Shown piece by piece: positions 25,273 to 36,700 of a stretch of 53,629 nucleotides of DNA (position 1 is the first letter of the stretch; each line of letters starts with the position of its first letter). The notes below the pieces were generated by a model. It was given only the letters and a program-made list of their open reading frames with translations, made no database searches and had not been told where the DNA came from. Position numbers and translations under genes: made by a program. The DNA is from Catajapyx aquilonaris (lineage: Eukaryota), in the NCBI GenBank assembly GCA_000934665.2, contig JYFJ02002628.1, positions 1-53,629 of the forward strand, in the 5' to 3' direction.

Positions 25273-25372
25273 TAAGAAATGCATGCCTCTAGCTTTTGCA
25301 ACCTTGCTGCCTACCTATAGGGCCTATAGGTAGGCAGCAAGGTTGCAAAAAGCTAGAGGCATGCATTTCTTA
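25273..25372. repeat. 100 bp near-perfect palindrome (local inverted duplication)
   Basis: TAAGAAATGCATGCCTCTAGC...CCTATAGG-G-CCTATAGG...GCATTTCTTA. Paralog B (~37560-37595) has only one arm. Confidence 0.9.
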
Positions 25373-25683
25373 AGCGACTTTGCAACATTTTATACTGTTC
25401 TGAAATCAGTAACATGATACGTGGGGATGACGTTGCCGACAACCCCTCCTCCCCTCTAAATCTTCGTGTGGAGAAGACAGGAGTCAGTTGTCGAAAGAGT
25501 AGTCACATGTGATGTATATGTACTTACCCGAATAATGGCAACCTAAGTCGCAGAAATAGTCCAGTATCATAATTTATTACAGGTATGTCTGCAGACTGTC
25601 AGTATCCGTCGCTAAATCGCTAAATCAAAAATAGGTAGGCATGTGACAATAATAGCATTACTGTGGGCCGAGATGCAGTAAAA

Positions 25684-25775
25684 TTCATACAGATATGACT
25701 ACTGTATTAATGCAAGTTATCGATCACTGCAGTGATCGATAACTTGCATTAATACAGTAGTCATATCTGCATGAA
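25684..25775. repeat. 92 bp zero-spacer palindrome (local inverted duplication)
   Basis: 46 bp arms centred on CTG|CAG with one mismatch. Paralog B (~37915-37968) has only one arm. Confidence 0.9.
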
Positions 25776-25879
25776 ATGGAGAGGAGCGATGCTGTGCACA
25801 CGAGGTGTGAACAAACTATATATACCATACTTCTGAGCCTGAATCTGACGATGCTGTTAACTTCCTCCTTCCATTCCAG

Positions 25880-26200
25880 GCCAACTTGCAGCAAGATGGG
25901 TCAACGTGACCACTCCTGTTTTCGTCCTGCCTGGCCAACCGGCCACCATATTGTGCCAATTAGACCTGCCCCTGATTCTCTGCGTCTTAAATGGACCTTC
26001 TGGACAGACCTTCCAGATACAAGACGACACGGTCATCCAACCTATTCCAACAGGGTACACTCAAGCAGGTTCAACGACTAAAGGTTACTGCGGGGTTACT
26101 ATCGCCAGCATAACCAATACTGAAAATGGAAACTGGACTTGTTCAGCTACTCCGAAAGGAAGCTTCGAAATGACAACGTATATCCTTCTCTACAGTCTTG
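25880..26200 (+). CDS. Fasciclin-3-like copy A, exon 2 (Ig1)
   Basis: Acceptor CCATTCCAG, donor G|GTAAGT, 321 nt. Encodes QLAARWVNVTTPVFVLPGQPATILCQLDLPLILCVLNGPSG...GYCGVTIASITNTENGNWTC, the four-Cys Fas3-type Ig1. Confidence 0.9.
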
Positions 26201-26281
26201 GTAAGTGTCTCGATATGAGTGGTTTGGCATTTTCATCAGTTTTGATTGTTATGTAATGCTTCCTGACATTACACTTCCCAG

Positions 26282-26422
26282 TGAAGCCGAGGGTCATTAG
26301 TTTCCCTGGAATCGGAAGTTCACTTACAGTGATTGACAGGAGTTCTACGGACAGAGAGTCGGTAGACATCGAATGCGTTGTATATGGAGGAAGACCAGCT
26401 GCAAATATTTTCTGGTACTTAG
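26282..26422 (+). CDS. Fasciclin-3-like copy A, exon 3 (Ig2 N-half)
   Basis: AG/GT bounded, 141 nt. Encodes VKPRVISFPG...IECVVYGGRPAANIFWYL. Confidence 0.88.
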
Positions 26423-26689
26423 GTACGTCCTACAAGATGTATCGGAGGTATCCTTAACCGTTTTACAGTAAACACGATTACTATTAATGAAAAAGCTGTT
26501 CATAACTGTAAACCCAAAAGGTCAACCAGGTGTTTCCTATAGTGAATATATTTCCTTTCTCCTCTTGTTTACCTATACTACTGAACTTTACACCCCAATC
26601 AAGGCCCGCATTGAGGGGATCGGGGGTCCACAATTTTTTAAATACTGCTGCACTCTATCCCGTGTACTTTAACTGCTTTGTGTACCGGT

Positions 26690-26815
26690 ACTTTAAGAGG
26701 AACATCTTTTAAATGAGTCGATGTCATTTAATCACTTCACTAGGTGGCTTAGTTGAGGGAGGAAACGGGAGAACCCTGAGAAAACCCTAGCGAATTCGGA
26801 GAGATCCCATCTACA
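26690..26815 (-). mobile_element. SINE remnant with GGGTTTTCTCAGGGTTCTCCCGTTTCCTCCC core (other copies at ~27890-28050 + and ~38870-39025 -)
   Basis: Three dispersed similar copies. The core resembles the conserved central motif of V-type SINE domains. Confidence 0.55.
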
Positions 26816-27141
26816 CTCTTTGTATGTTAACAAAATATTCTCTACAATCCTGTATTGAATGAGGAAACTCACAGTCAATGGTGGAAGGCTTTGGCGCCAC
26901 ACTGTACCTTTATTTCGCATGGAGTAGTGGTGGTAGATGGGAGAGGGTGGGGAATTCGAAAAGTACTGGCTGATGCATAGGGAGACATCATTTTGGAAGA
27001 ATCTAATAAATTCTCATTAGCTTTCTTTGCGCATTTTTCATGAACGCAACATCATAATCCTTCAATTCTTTATTATTAATTTTTCTTCAGGGCCGCAAGT
27101 GTACACACACACCTTGTATCTAGTACTGTAACAGTCTTGTA

Positions 27142-27695
27142 TACAGGACGTTTCTTTCTCGTAGGTAGGTAGGCAGGCAGGCAACGCACTCGTTGGCCCA
27201 AAACAAGTCGAAAATGTAGGGTGTAGAAATGTCGTGAAACAAATTAGTAACGAAGTAGATGACCAGACTCATTATCCTGCATCTTGGCGCATGCAACAAT
27301 ACACACCACACCCTTCTGTAGGGAGAGCCCCTGAAAGGTGGACCCGCGTAGCTGGAGTGGTTGCCTATAAGGGAGCAGGAAATGAGCGTGAATATCATTA
27401 CTTTAAATACGTAGTATTTTGCGAGATCGGCTCTTTCGAAGTCATGATTATCACGCTCATATACTGCTCCCTTTGCCACTATAGGCTATAAGGCGGGCTA
27501 AGGTGAGCTGGTCCACCTGCTGTCAGGGGATCTCCCTACAAAGAGGTGAGTGTTTCCACCTGTGTCTGGGCAGGGCAATGAGGCTGGTCATCTCCAAGTT
27601 ACCTGTTTGTCTCACGACATTTCTATATAGTATAACCCCCATTTTTGATTTGTTTCGGGCCAACAATGGCACTACCTACTAAGAAACTCCCTGTA
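27142..27695. mobile_element. Tc1/mariner-type MITE with ~200 bp imperfect TIRs
   Basis: TA-CAGG...CCTG-TA ends. Inverted arms include GTTGGCCC.AAACAA.TC and GATGACCAG.CTCATT. Confidence 0.7.
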
Positions 27696-28160
27696 GAGAG
27701 CAGATATACATAAGAACAAGAATGTATAAGGTGGCCTGACCAGTCACCAAAAGATTTCATTGCATTGGTCAATAGAGCTGGCTAGGTGTACTCTACAATA
27801 CTGTGTACACTAGTCATCGCTGGCTATACCCCATTATAGGATTAATGCTGTGAAGGTAATGAATGAATGAATTTTAACACAGAAAGAGTGTCGATGGGAT
27901 CTATCCGAATGTGCGAGGGTTTTCTCAGGGTTCTCCCGTGTCCTCCCTCAACTAAAATCCACCACTAGTGAAGTGATTAAATGACATCGGCAATCGGCTC
28001 ATTTAAAATATGTACCTCTTAAGTACACAAAGCAGTTAAAGTGCACTGGACAACTTATTTTTAACATTAGTGTAATTTATCTTGAATAGCTACTAATTCA
28101 GCTGATTTTAATTAATTTTCTAGTCTCGTTCCAATTGTTGACTAATTCAATTCACTTTAG

Positions 28161-28373
28161 GCAACACCATTGTAACCGCAGACAAACTCGGTCCAGTTGT
28201 AATCGACACAATAATGGGTAAAAACCCCAATGACATCCAGTACATCACCCGGCAAAACTACTCTAGCTACTTCCTACCTGAGGACAACGAGAAATATTTA
28301 ACATGTGCCTTCTCACATCCAGCACTTGAGCCAGGAGACATCAACTCTACCTCAGTCGAGATCATTGTCTACT
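28161..28373 (+). CDS. Fasciclin-3-like copy A, exon 4 (Ig2 C-half)
   Basis: AG/GT bounded, 213 nt. Encodes ...QNYSSYFLPEDNEKYLTCAFSHPALEPGDINSTSVEIIVY. Confidence 0.88.
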
Positions 28374-28441
28374 GTAAGTTATCTGTAATAAAATGTTGCA
28401 ATGCATATCACGAAATTCTAATATATAATGTTCGGTCATAG

Positions 28442-28640
28442 TTCCCCCGCAGCCTTGGTTAGAGGACGCAGCCAAAAACGCAATATGGATTCCTTAACAA
28501 CACGAAAGGAACAACCAAGATATAATAGATGTGAGTGTCATACTGTAACGTCGACCCTCCCCATTAGCAAAGAGAAATTGACTATAGCGCCAACAGGATG
28601 TCTAGCGACAAGAGGATCTCGGCTGGCGCACCACAAGAGT
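28442..28640 (+). pseudogene. Fasciclin-3-like copy A, decayed exon 5 (frameshift, stop at 28495-28497, donor lost)
   Basis: Homologous to 41844-42055 but reads FPPQPWLEDAAKNAIWIP*. It has further indels and lacks the GGG|GTAAG donor. Copy A exons 1-5 would encode 258 aa with no TM segment. Confidence 0.8.
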
Positions 28641-29483
28641 GACACCATCATAATTTCGATTTCAATAATTGTACTTCAATGGTGCAAGCAGAATATTCTT
28701 CTGGCTGAAATAAACAAAATATCCTCTGTACGTGTATTCCTGCATTTATTTATGCTGCCATATGCAATGTGCATCAGAAGTGATATCACATCGGATGTGA
28801 TCTGATATCTGATGCACCCAGAATTGTACAGATTGTGGAATATCATACACGGTACTGTACGACATTGTAAACTACTTAAGCGCTGATTTTACAATTAAAG
28901 AATAAAACCAAAAATATTCACTCCTGCCAGTTAATTGCAAGGCGAATTACATAAAACACTGCCACACGCCCATGCAACACTATCGCTTTAGAAGTCAACA
29001 AAGGTCACAGTTTACGAGACATCCCAAAATAATGGCGCCATTGTTGCGCGTAATGAAAAAAATCCTAGCTTCGAAAAATGTATTGCAAATATCATCACGC
29101 TTTGCCCACTGCTCATGTGCATTGCCTATGAAGTGTTCTTGTAATAATTATGATGATGTGTAATTGACAACCATAGGCTTCAAGATTATTTATTGATCAT
29201 CTCAACCCTAGTGCTAGTGTTATATCAATTTTAAATCATTTTGTATACTTACAGATACAAGAAGTATGATAATATACTCACATGGAATTTTCCATTTTTT
29301 GCGCGTTATGTCAGCCCTTGGTTTTTGGAATTCCTGATAATAATAATTAATTAATTAAATTATTTTAATAAAATTATTTATAAATCGGAAAATAATACCA
29401 TTCCGAATGTGTCGCCTGTTCTACAACTAGTAAAGCGTTACGGAACTACTCATCTGTGGCATTTTTTTCCCTTCCTGCCATTT

Positions 29484-29615
29484 CAGGTTGAGTATTCTCT
29501 GTCCGAAATGATTGGGACTGGAAGTGTTTCGGATTTCAGATTTTTCTGGATTTTAAAATATTTGTGTATTTGCATCTAAATCTAAAATGGGACAACTTTC
29601 GGATGGATAAATGCC
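29484..29615. mobile_element. pogo/Tigger-type MITE fragment
   Basis: CAGGTTGAGTATTCTCTGTCCGAAATGATTGGGACTGGAAGTGTTTCGGATTT resembles Tigger4/MER46-type terminal sequence (from recall, not a search). Confidence 0.55.
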
Positions 29616-30601
29616 TGAACATGACATAATATTCATTTCTTAATAGAGGTATCCATTAACACTGGATGTAGTTTTTATAAAATATATTTTTATACCGATT
29701 TTGTTCACGACCAAAATAATAATTATACAAGATGGGTCGTACAATAATTATTGGCAACACTGCTGTAACTTTCGTACCAGTATGGGTACGTACTGTACGC
29801 TCATGAACATTTCACATTACCTAGGTGTAGTCCCCAGCTATTATCACATTTTTCCATAGTCATGGAAAGCTTTGAACGTGCCACGCAGAGACCGCCATGA
29901 CGTCAAATGAAAGTAACAGATAAAGATGGCATTTATCATTCTCCTATTGAATACAGATACTACAGGGTATATATGAATCTGGATCCTTCATTTATGAAGA
30001 GTCTAGAAAGATACTGCTAGGATACTGCCTTTAATATTAATTTTTGCAATTTTGCATTTTATGGAAGTTGCGCCAAGAAAAAATTGTGTCAAAAAATCAA
30101 TTATTATTATTAGCCTAATACATATTCTGAATTTTTAAAATGAGCTTTAATGAATAGCGCAGATGAGCTTCTTGGTATTTGATAGCAATAGTACAGTACA
30201 TGGAGACAGTAGACACATTGTGTTCATGGTGAGTTGGGCCCTGACTGCAAAAACCGGGAAGTGATAAAAATCCTGGCTTGCCATCATGCAAACAGACCGG
30301 CTCTGTCTGTAGTAGTGAAAAAGAAATTCACGGTCGCATCACACAACCTTTCATTCCACTGTAAGTGCCTCCAATGCGTAGAAAGGCCGGGAATGTTCAC
30401 AAAATGTCAAGTCTCCGAGCCAGGATTTTTCTGATCATTCATTGTGCAATTTAGAAATCAGCATCTGAGACGGAAAAAATTATCGTGAATTCCCATCTCC
30501 TATAGACAGCCTCGTCCGTGAATAGAAGGTTGGTTAGCTCCTTTCTTTCAGCCTGAACCAGGTTTGGATCATTCCTCTGAACTATATAATTATGATGTTG
30601 G

Positions 30602-30913
30602 ACCGAAATAGGTTGGTGTAGTGGATATCGAGTCCGCCTTCTAATAATCGGGAGGTCCTGGGTTCGAATCCCGGGGCCGGCGACCCTGAAGTGGTTTTCT
30701 GTGGTTTCCCACGGTCCCCCCAGGATAATTCCGGGGTCGTTTCCGTAAAAATAGGCCACAGCCACTTCCTTCCGTCCCTATATCCTTGGCCCCACCCAGG
30801 TGCGAAGTAAGAGGCAGAAAAATCGAAGAAAACTGGCGGTGGTATGCCACCCCCCTAAAAGGGCTCCGCCCTATCAGCACGGGGTAAAATAAATAAATAA
30901 AATAAATAAATAA
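30602..30913 (+). mobile_element. tRNA-derived SINE (family 1)
   Basis: A box TGGTGTAGTGG, B box GGTTCGAATCC, same body as 5504-5794, (TAAA)n tail and an exact 16 bp TSD ATAATTATGATGTTGG. Confidence 0.9.
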
Positions 30914-32266
30914 ATAATTATGATGTTGGCGATGTTACATAAATTCAGACACATGATCATATTGCCATCATTGTTAAAAGTCCACACATGGAACGATGTT
31001 GTATTGAACAATCCAGGAAGCCTATATATAGTTGCTTTTTAATTGCAGGTTAAAACTGTAGGCCTAGTATTACGCACGAACGGTCGCGGCTGGTTTCATC
31101 AACTCCAATTAAGGAGAAAATCTCGGATTGAGAGATGTGAACAGTGCCAAGAGATAAGATGATATTTTTGTCCTAATTTTCTGTCTATAATTCCCTCGGG
31201 TGAACCATTTAAGGTTTAGCCTCAAGCACGTGGCCTAAAGTCTGAGCTTTCTCTTGGCATTCTTCATGGTTTGGTTTATTGTTGACGGCAACAATTCACA
31301 ATAACTCAATAAGAGCAAACCTGGGATTGAGACTAAACCTTCAATGGGGAAATCGAGCCTAATAGTTTGCAGTGAAATATGTCTAAATCGAATTATCTCG
31401 GTTCCGAGAAGGCGAGAAACGTTTCGGTAGTGTGAACAGATTTCTCTATTGTAGGATAAAATTTATTGAAAATCCTCCCTAAGACCAATAAAGTAGACTA
31501 TCCTGCCAAGTCTACAGACTCTGTACAGGTTCTGTTGATTCCATGTACCGTACGTAGTCTACCTATATGGGCAGATTTCACTGTGCTAGGCTGTGGACAG
31601 CTGAATTTAAAAAGGAGCTATTATACTGGTTAAGAAATAAATAAATTGAAATAAATAAATAATGCCTTATGGCGAGAGCATTTGAGGTGGAAACTGTAGG
31701 TAAGGTAACGTAGAAATGAGCAGTAATGAGTTACGAATTTGGGATGAATGTGAACCACAGTATAGCCGTTGATGGCGTTGATGAAAGCTATATTCACTCT
31801 TGAATTGGATTTATTTGGTTTAATTCTTGCCTGACACACATGAGAACACAACTTGACTATTGACTCCATTTGCGGCTAGAGTAAAACCAAGGTAAAACTA
31901 GTGCTAAGTAAAAGTAAAACATGCTTTTACCGCCATCTTTCCATACGAAAACGTACTACTTGCTCCCACAGCGTGGCGGTCTCAAGTGGCAGTTGAAGTG
32001 TCACTACCACATCAATTGTTTCCGCCTTACATTCAGGAGATGCTGCGTCAATACTCTCTGTCCTCGTTTAAGCAAGTGCAAATTAACACAAATTAAAACA
32101 GACGTAGTAAGACTAGTAACAAACGGAATATCAAGAATACGTACACTTTAATACATCATTTGCGCTATAGCCACATTTGGCCACATGTAGGTATGGAATA
32201 AAATCAATGAATAAAATATTAAAATGCCACTCCTCTTCTCTGAATAAATAATTGTACTGTACAGTA

Positions 32267-32625
32267 TTTTTTTTTTGCCACCCCGTGATAGAGCCTATGG
32301 CTCTCTGGGGGGGGGGNGGGGGGGGGGACGACACCACCATATTTTCGTAGTTATTTATCCATTTTTTCTTCTGACTCAGGTGCAGGGAAATCAAGGACAT
32401 TGGGTAAGGATAGGGATTTTTGGGGAGGGAACGTAGGTGCAAGTGTAATGTCGTTAAACGGGTCGTGTGTTGTTCCCCAGGAGGTTAGGTTGCCAGACAC
32501 CTCCCAAGGCGAGGGGTGAGAGACCCTCCTGACGCAGGCGAAAGGAAACTCCCAGGAGGGGATCGAACCTGGGACCTTACACTCAGCAAGCCGAGACGTT
32601 ACCATCTCGGCCACCGCATCTCCCC
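32267..32625 (-). mobile_element. tRNA-derived SINE (family 2)
   Basis: Minus strand reads GGGGAGATGCGGTGGCCGAGATGGTAACG...GGTTCGATCCC, with body TCTGGCAACCTAACCTCC and a poly(A) tail. TGTACAGTA flanks both sides. Paralog at 40311-40665. Confidence 0.85.
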
Positions 32626-33589
32626 AAAATTGTACAGTACAAGTATGTATAGTTTCTGGTGGCTGCTATAGGTCGACAAGTAAAGAATGGAATAGATGTT
32701 ATCAATATAATCGCTTACAACTCAAGATGATAACTGCATGTGCATGTAACACATACCAGACGTAAAATCCAGTCATTTCGGGTAATCAATGGAACATTTT
32801 GTAGAAACCAACAGAAGAGAAAAAAGAAAAACCCCGGGATCCAGCGATATTTAATGATATGATTGCTCTATCTGCGGGGGCTATCCACACAAACTACTAA
32901 CTCACATTCGTTGCGTCAAATACGTCGAGAGTGAATTTATCATGTTATATGCATGTGTGTGCTACAATTAAAATAATCATCTTCTATGATGTAGGCCTAG
33001 TAATCACAGATCAGTTGAAATTTGGCGTCCATTAGAGATATCACTGATCAAACATTCCAGAATTTTTCTCCCATCAAGTTGGCCTGGTTGTATAGGCTAC
33101 TGTACGTACTAGTACATACTGAAATAGAGACACAACAATAAACTGTTTCCTAATTGAACAGAAGTTGTATTTTACGCAATCTGTGTTTGGCATGTTTTCA
33201 TGTAGGTCCTGAAAAGTGTCAAGTGGCGGAAGATCTGTGTTGCATAGCCCACGGTTTTGCTTAGCATGATGGTGTGGAAGTAATTGACTCAGCTACCGGT
33301 TAGGTAAAAAAATTATCAGCATGACGAACCTTGGGCTTATCGCACTAGGAAGAAATCGTTGTGTGATAAATCACAGCGTGGGTGTACAGGTCATATCACA
33401 CTGACTCATATACCTGGCCATTACTGCAATTTCATCCTTTGCAGATTGACATATTTCATCACTTGCACAGCGTTTGCGAAAATAAATGTTCTCAAGTTGC
33501 AATTATTTGCCAGTTAACGCCAAAGACTTACACATCCCACAGTACCGCATAGTGTATACACAATACAATGCTCACCTTGGGAAACTCAA

Positions 33590-33716
33590 CGTTTGCTTGG
33601 ATAAGGTATCTCAGTTTAGTCCACAATCAGAGAGATAAAATTGCCAAAGTACCTTGTAGCGGTGGACGCAGTAAAAATAGGTTCACCAGTCTGCAGGTCT
33701 CTATTTGGATATCATC
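33590..33716 (+). promoter_or_regulatory. Putative core promoter/5' UTR of Fas3-like copy B
   Basis: GCTTGGATAAGGTATC followed by Inr-like TCAGTT/TTAGTC ~100 nt upstream of the ATG. Conserved with copy A. Confidence 0.4.
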
Positions 33717-33762
33717 ATGGGTGTACTGGTGGTTCTGCTTTTAGTGATTGCTGCTACACCAG
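33717..33762 (+). CDS. Fas3: Fasciclin-3-like copy B, exon 1 (signal peptide MGVLVVLLLVIAATP)
   Basis: Joining 33717-33762, 38062-38382, 38469-38615, 41563-41775, 41844-42055, 45317-45458, 45584-45691 and 51394-51596 gives 1392 nt (463 aa), all GT-AG and phase-consistent. The symbol denotes family; orthology is unproven. Confidence 0.85.
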
Positions 33763-36700
33763 GTTTGTCCATTTTCTTCATGCACTGAAAAGGGCACTGA
33801 ATCCAAAACTAGAAAGAAACAATTCAGAGTGTCTCATTAATATCAATCAAGTTTAAGCTGCGCCATTTATTTAATTTAGTAGTCTCGGGCGAGTCGCTTG
33901 TTTGCGGTTGTTATAGTTTTGTAAAAAGAAAATATTGGACTAAGGCCAAAAAAGTTTGTCAAGTCAAGTTTGTGCTTCCAAGTACTGTAGCGCATTTTTC
34001 TGAACCTAAACTGGCCCAACGACCACACGTATTGCATAGTAGGCAAATTGTACCATGCGCGTTTAATATGCTAAGTTGCTCAAAATTGCTTAACTCAGGG
34101 TCAACCCCTTTCATGGTTCAAAGGTCAGATGCATGATTACGGAACACATTCTTCTAATGAAGTAATGAGATTTCAAGAAGGGGTTATGGAAAGAAGAGGA
34201 CATTGGCACTGGAACATACTGCATTAATATCAAGTGTGTGAAGTTGATGCAACTATAAAAAATAGTGTTATTCTTTGCTCGGAAAGAAGCGCATCAACAT
34301 TAATTATGATTCATACGTGACGTCACCAAGTCGGAACGCGTTGATGTGAAGATAACTGCAAGCTTCACACCCCTTAATCAGAGCATGAATTCTGCTCTCC
34401 GACGTATTTATCCCATTAGCCTATGGGTCATGCACTCTAAAAGGGGGAATAATACAGGTAGTTAATACATTTTGAAAATTTAAAGTATTGTAAGTAAATT
34501 GGGATTATTACCTGGCATTAATTGCTAATGCAAAGATATTTTAATAGGGCAATTAGTGAAGGGTACGACCTTAAAATAATTGTCTCAATGTCATGGTCAT
34601 CACTAGGCAGTCTCTACGGAACAAAATAGTCAAATTAGTTCTAATTAATACTGGTTTTATTAACACATGTGATATAATTTACAGACTGTAAATACAGGGT
34701 GCTGCACCCGACAAGCCCGTAGTCAAAGGCAAAAGGTTGGCTTGTTAACCCTTTGGAAGCGACAATTCGGGTCACATTCATTTGCAGTGATTGTTGCTTT
34801 CCTTTATATTAGTTGCTTTGGTGAGCAACCATAACCTATTCACCTACTCCCCTCCTGAGCTGGGACTTGTGCAGTTCACTACTCTATGTATATCATTTAC
34901 CTGTAATATTAGTAACATTTTCCCCCTATCTGCAGAGATAATTCGCCGCGACCGTCCTGTGCCCCCCGTTTATTTGATTAACCTACATTATTTGAGAAAT
35001 ATAACACCGTGTCTTGACAATGATAAGGTTGCAACATTACAGTCTGACAGGACGTGAGCAATAGAACTTATTGCCCCCTATTGTTCTGTTAACTCCTTTT
35101 TGTGCAAGTGCGAGGGCGTTGGTTCCAATCGTGCATGAAACACCTGGGAGAATATAAGTGTAACTCCCACCCCCACAAACTCCTCCCAAAATAATGAGCT
35201 TCTCCGTTAGCCGGTGAAAATCTTGCAGGACTTGCTTTGTAGGTCAGTGCTTATAACACCCCCTAGAGTACGAGGAACGGTTGGAAGCGACTGGAAAGAT
35301 TTTATTGCCAGAAGATTGCCCCTCTAAAATCACGTTTTTGACATTGGCCTGGGTGATATCATCGCATGCGGTAGTCTAGTGGGAATCTAGGTCTCTGCCA
35401 ATTATTTATTGCGAATAGTTTAGTAGCAAGCTTACTGAGAATGCGGTTGCAGGAGTTATTGATATGAGGAGTACGAGAGTGAAAGTAATGGCCAAATTAT
35501 TGGAGGGCAGCAACCGTGTGAAAAAGAAATTCTAATTATTCTCGTGCAAATATGGGAGTAAGAAACTAACCAGTAGAATTTACCTTGCTTCTGGATTTTC
35601 CTTTTGTCGCTCTTTTCTCTTTCACTCTTAAGTTAGGGCATGTTACACTGTAGGCTTGTCGATTATTGTTGTTGAATGGTTATATCATGTAGCCCTGTTG
35701 GGCTGTGAGATTTACTGATCGCAGCTTTCCTATAGGGTTGGGTTATCTGTCATGCCACAGTTACTACAAACTGTAACTTATTATAGGAAATATGATACGT
35801 AATAATTGTGGAATGCTAACAATTTATTGAGTTTCATTTCTGTAACAAATTACACTTCATATCTCAGATACGTCTACAGAATTTTACGATGTAAATATTA
35901 GTCTCTGACATTTATCTCCGATATTTTATTGTACAGTCTATATTCCAAGGTATATTCAGAGTTACTTAAAATCTCCACGAAAAGTTTCAATTGCACCATA
36001 ATTTGATGAAGACCCGTTGATACTCACTCCTAGATCCGGATTGTCTTACCGTACTTTTTATCCCCTTATTAATAACAAATGTTGTTTTTGTGGCTTACGA
36101 AAAATTATTATCCATTTGGCTGGTTCATAAGATTCTTAAAAATATAGTTAAAAAATTTCATTTATACAGGAATCTGTATGTAATGAATGTTTAGTGTGAC
36201 ACGATAATTATATTTGGTCCTTGTTCTGACATGGGATGTTTACTTCCTAATCATGTAAGAATGTGACTATAAGCAAATAAATAAATATTTGTTACACAGT
36301 TATATTCAATGGGTGCTGAACTAAATGAAAGGCAGGGTCCATGAAGCGCTGCCTTACGAAGGCGGAACGAAAGTTGTTGATGTCGCAGTTGAAACAATAA
36401 CTTATTATTTCAGCAATGGCAACAATGAAACTAGCAATTAAAGGCTATTGTAGTCAGTACGTAAATTCAATCACAGTGTCGATATACTCTGTTCTAATCA
36501 AAGTTACAGTACCTTAATAAGCCTGTCTCGCTCTTGCATATACAGCAGGCTGTACTGTATACTGTATACTGTGCGTGTAGGCACCTGATATACCCAGGTA
36601 ATGTTACAGTATTTTCCATCCTCTTTTTTGGGGAGGGGAGGGGATGAATGTGTGTGTTTTCAAAAATATGATGTTTTTCTCAACAAAGTCTTGCACTTTG

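Larger units (their letters stand above)
17280..29200 (+). repeat. Tandem segmental duplication, unit A (Fas3-like upstream region to intron 5)
   Basis: Colinear similarity to ~32960-43165 in the upstream region, exons 1-5 and intron segments, interrupted by copy-specific TE insertions. Confidence 0.9.

Noticed and set aside
30602..30680. tRNA-like sequences here and at 5504, 32550-32625, 40311 and 53570-53620 as tRNA genes
   Set aside because: They lack proper cloverleaf acceptor stems and are followed by SINE bodies and tails, most with TSDs.
32300..32330. Long G run as a G-quadruplex element
   Set aside because: It is an expanded C-tract of a minus-strand SINE tail and contains an ambiguous base (n at 32317), so its length is unreliable.
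29200..32960. Search for copy A exons 6-8 (Ig3 C-half, TM, tail)
   Set aside because: No similarity to 45317-45691 or 51394-51596 was seen by eye; the region is TE fragments and SINEs. A TBLASTN would be the decisive test.
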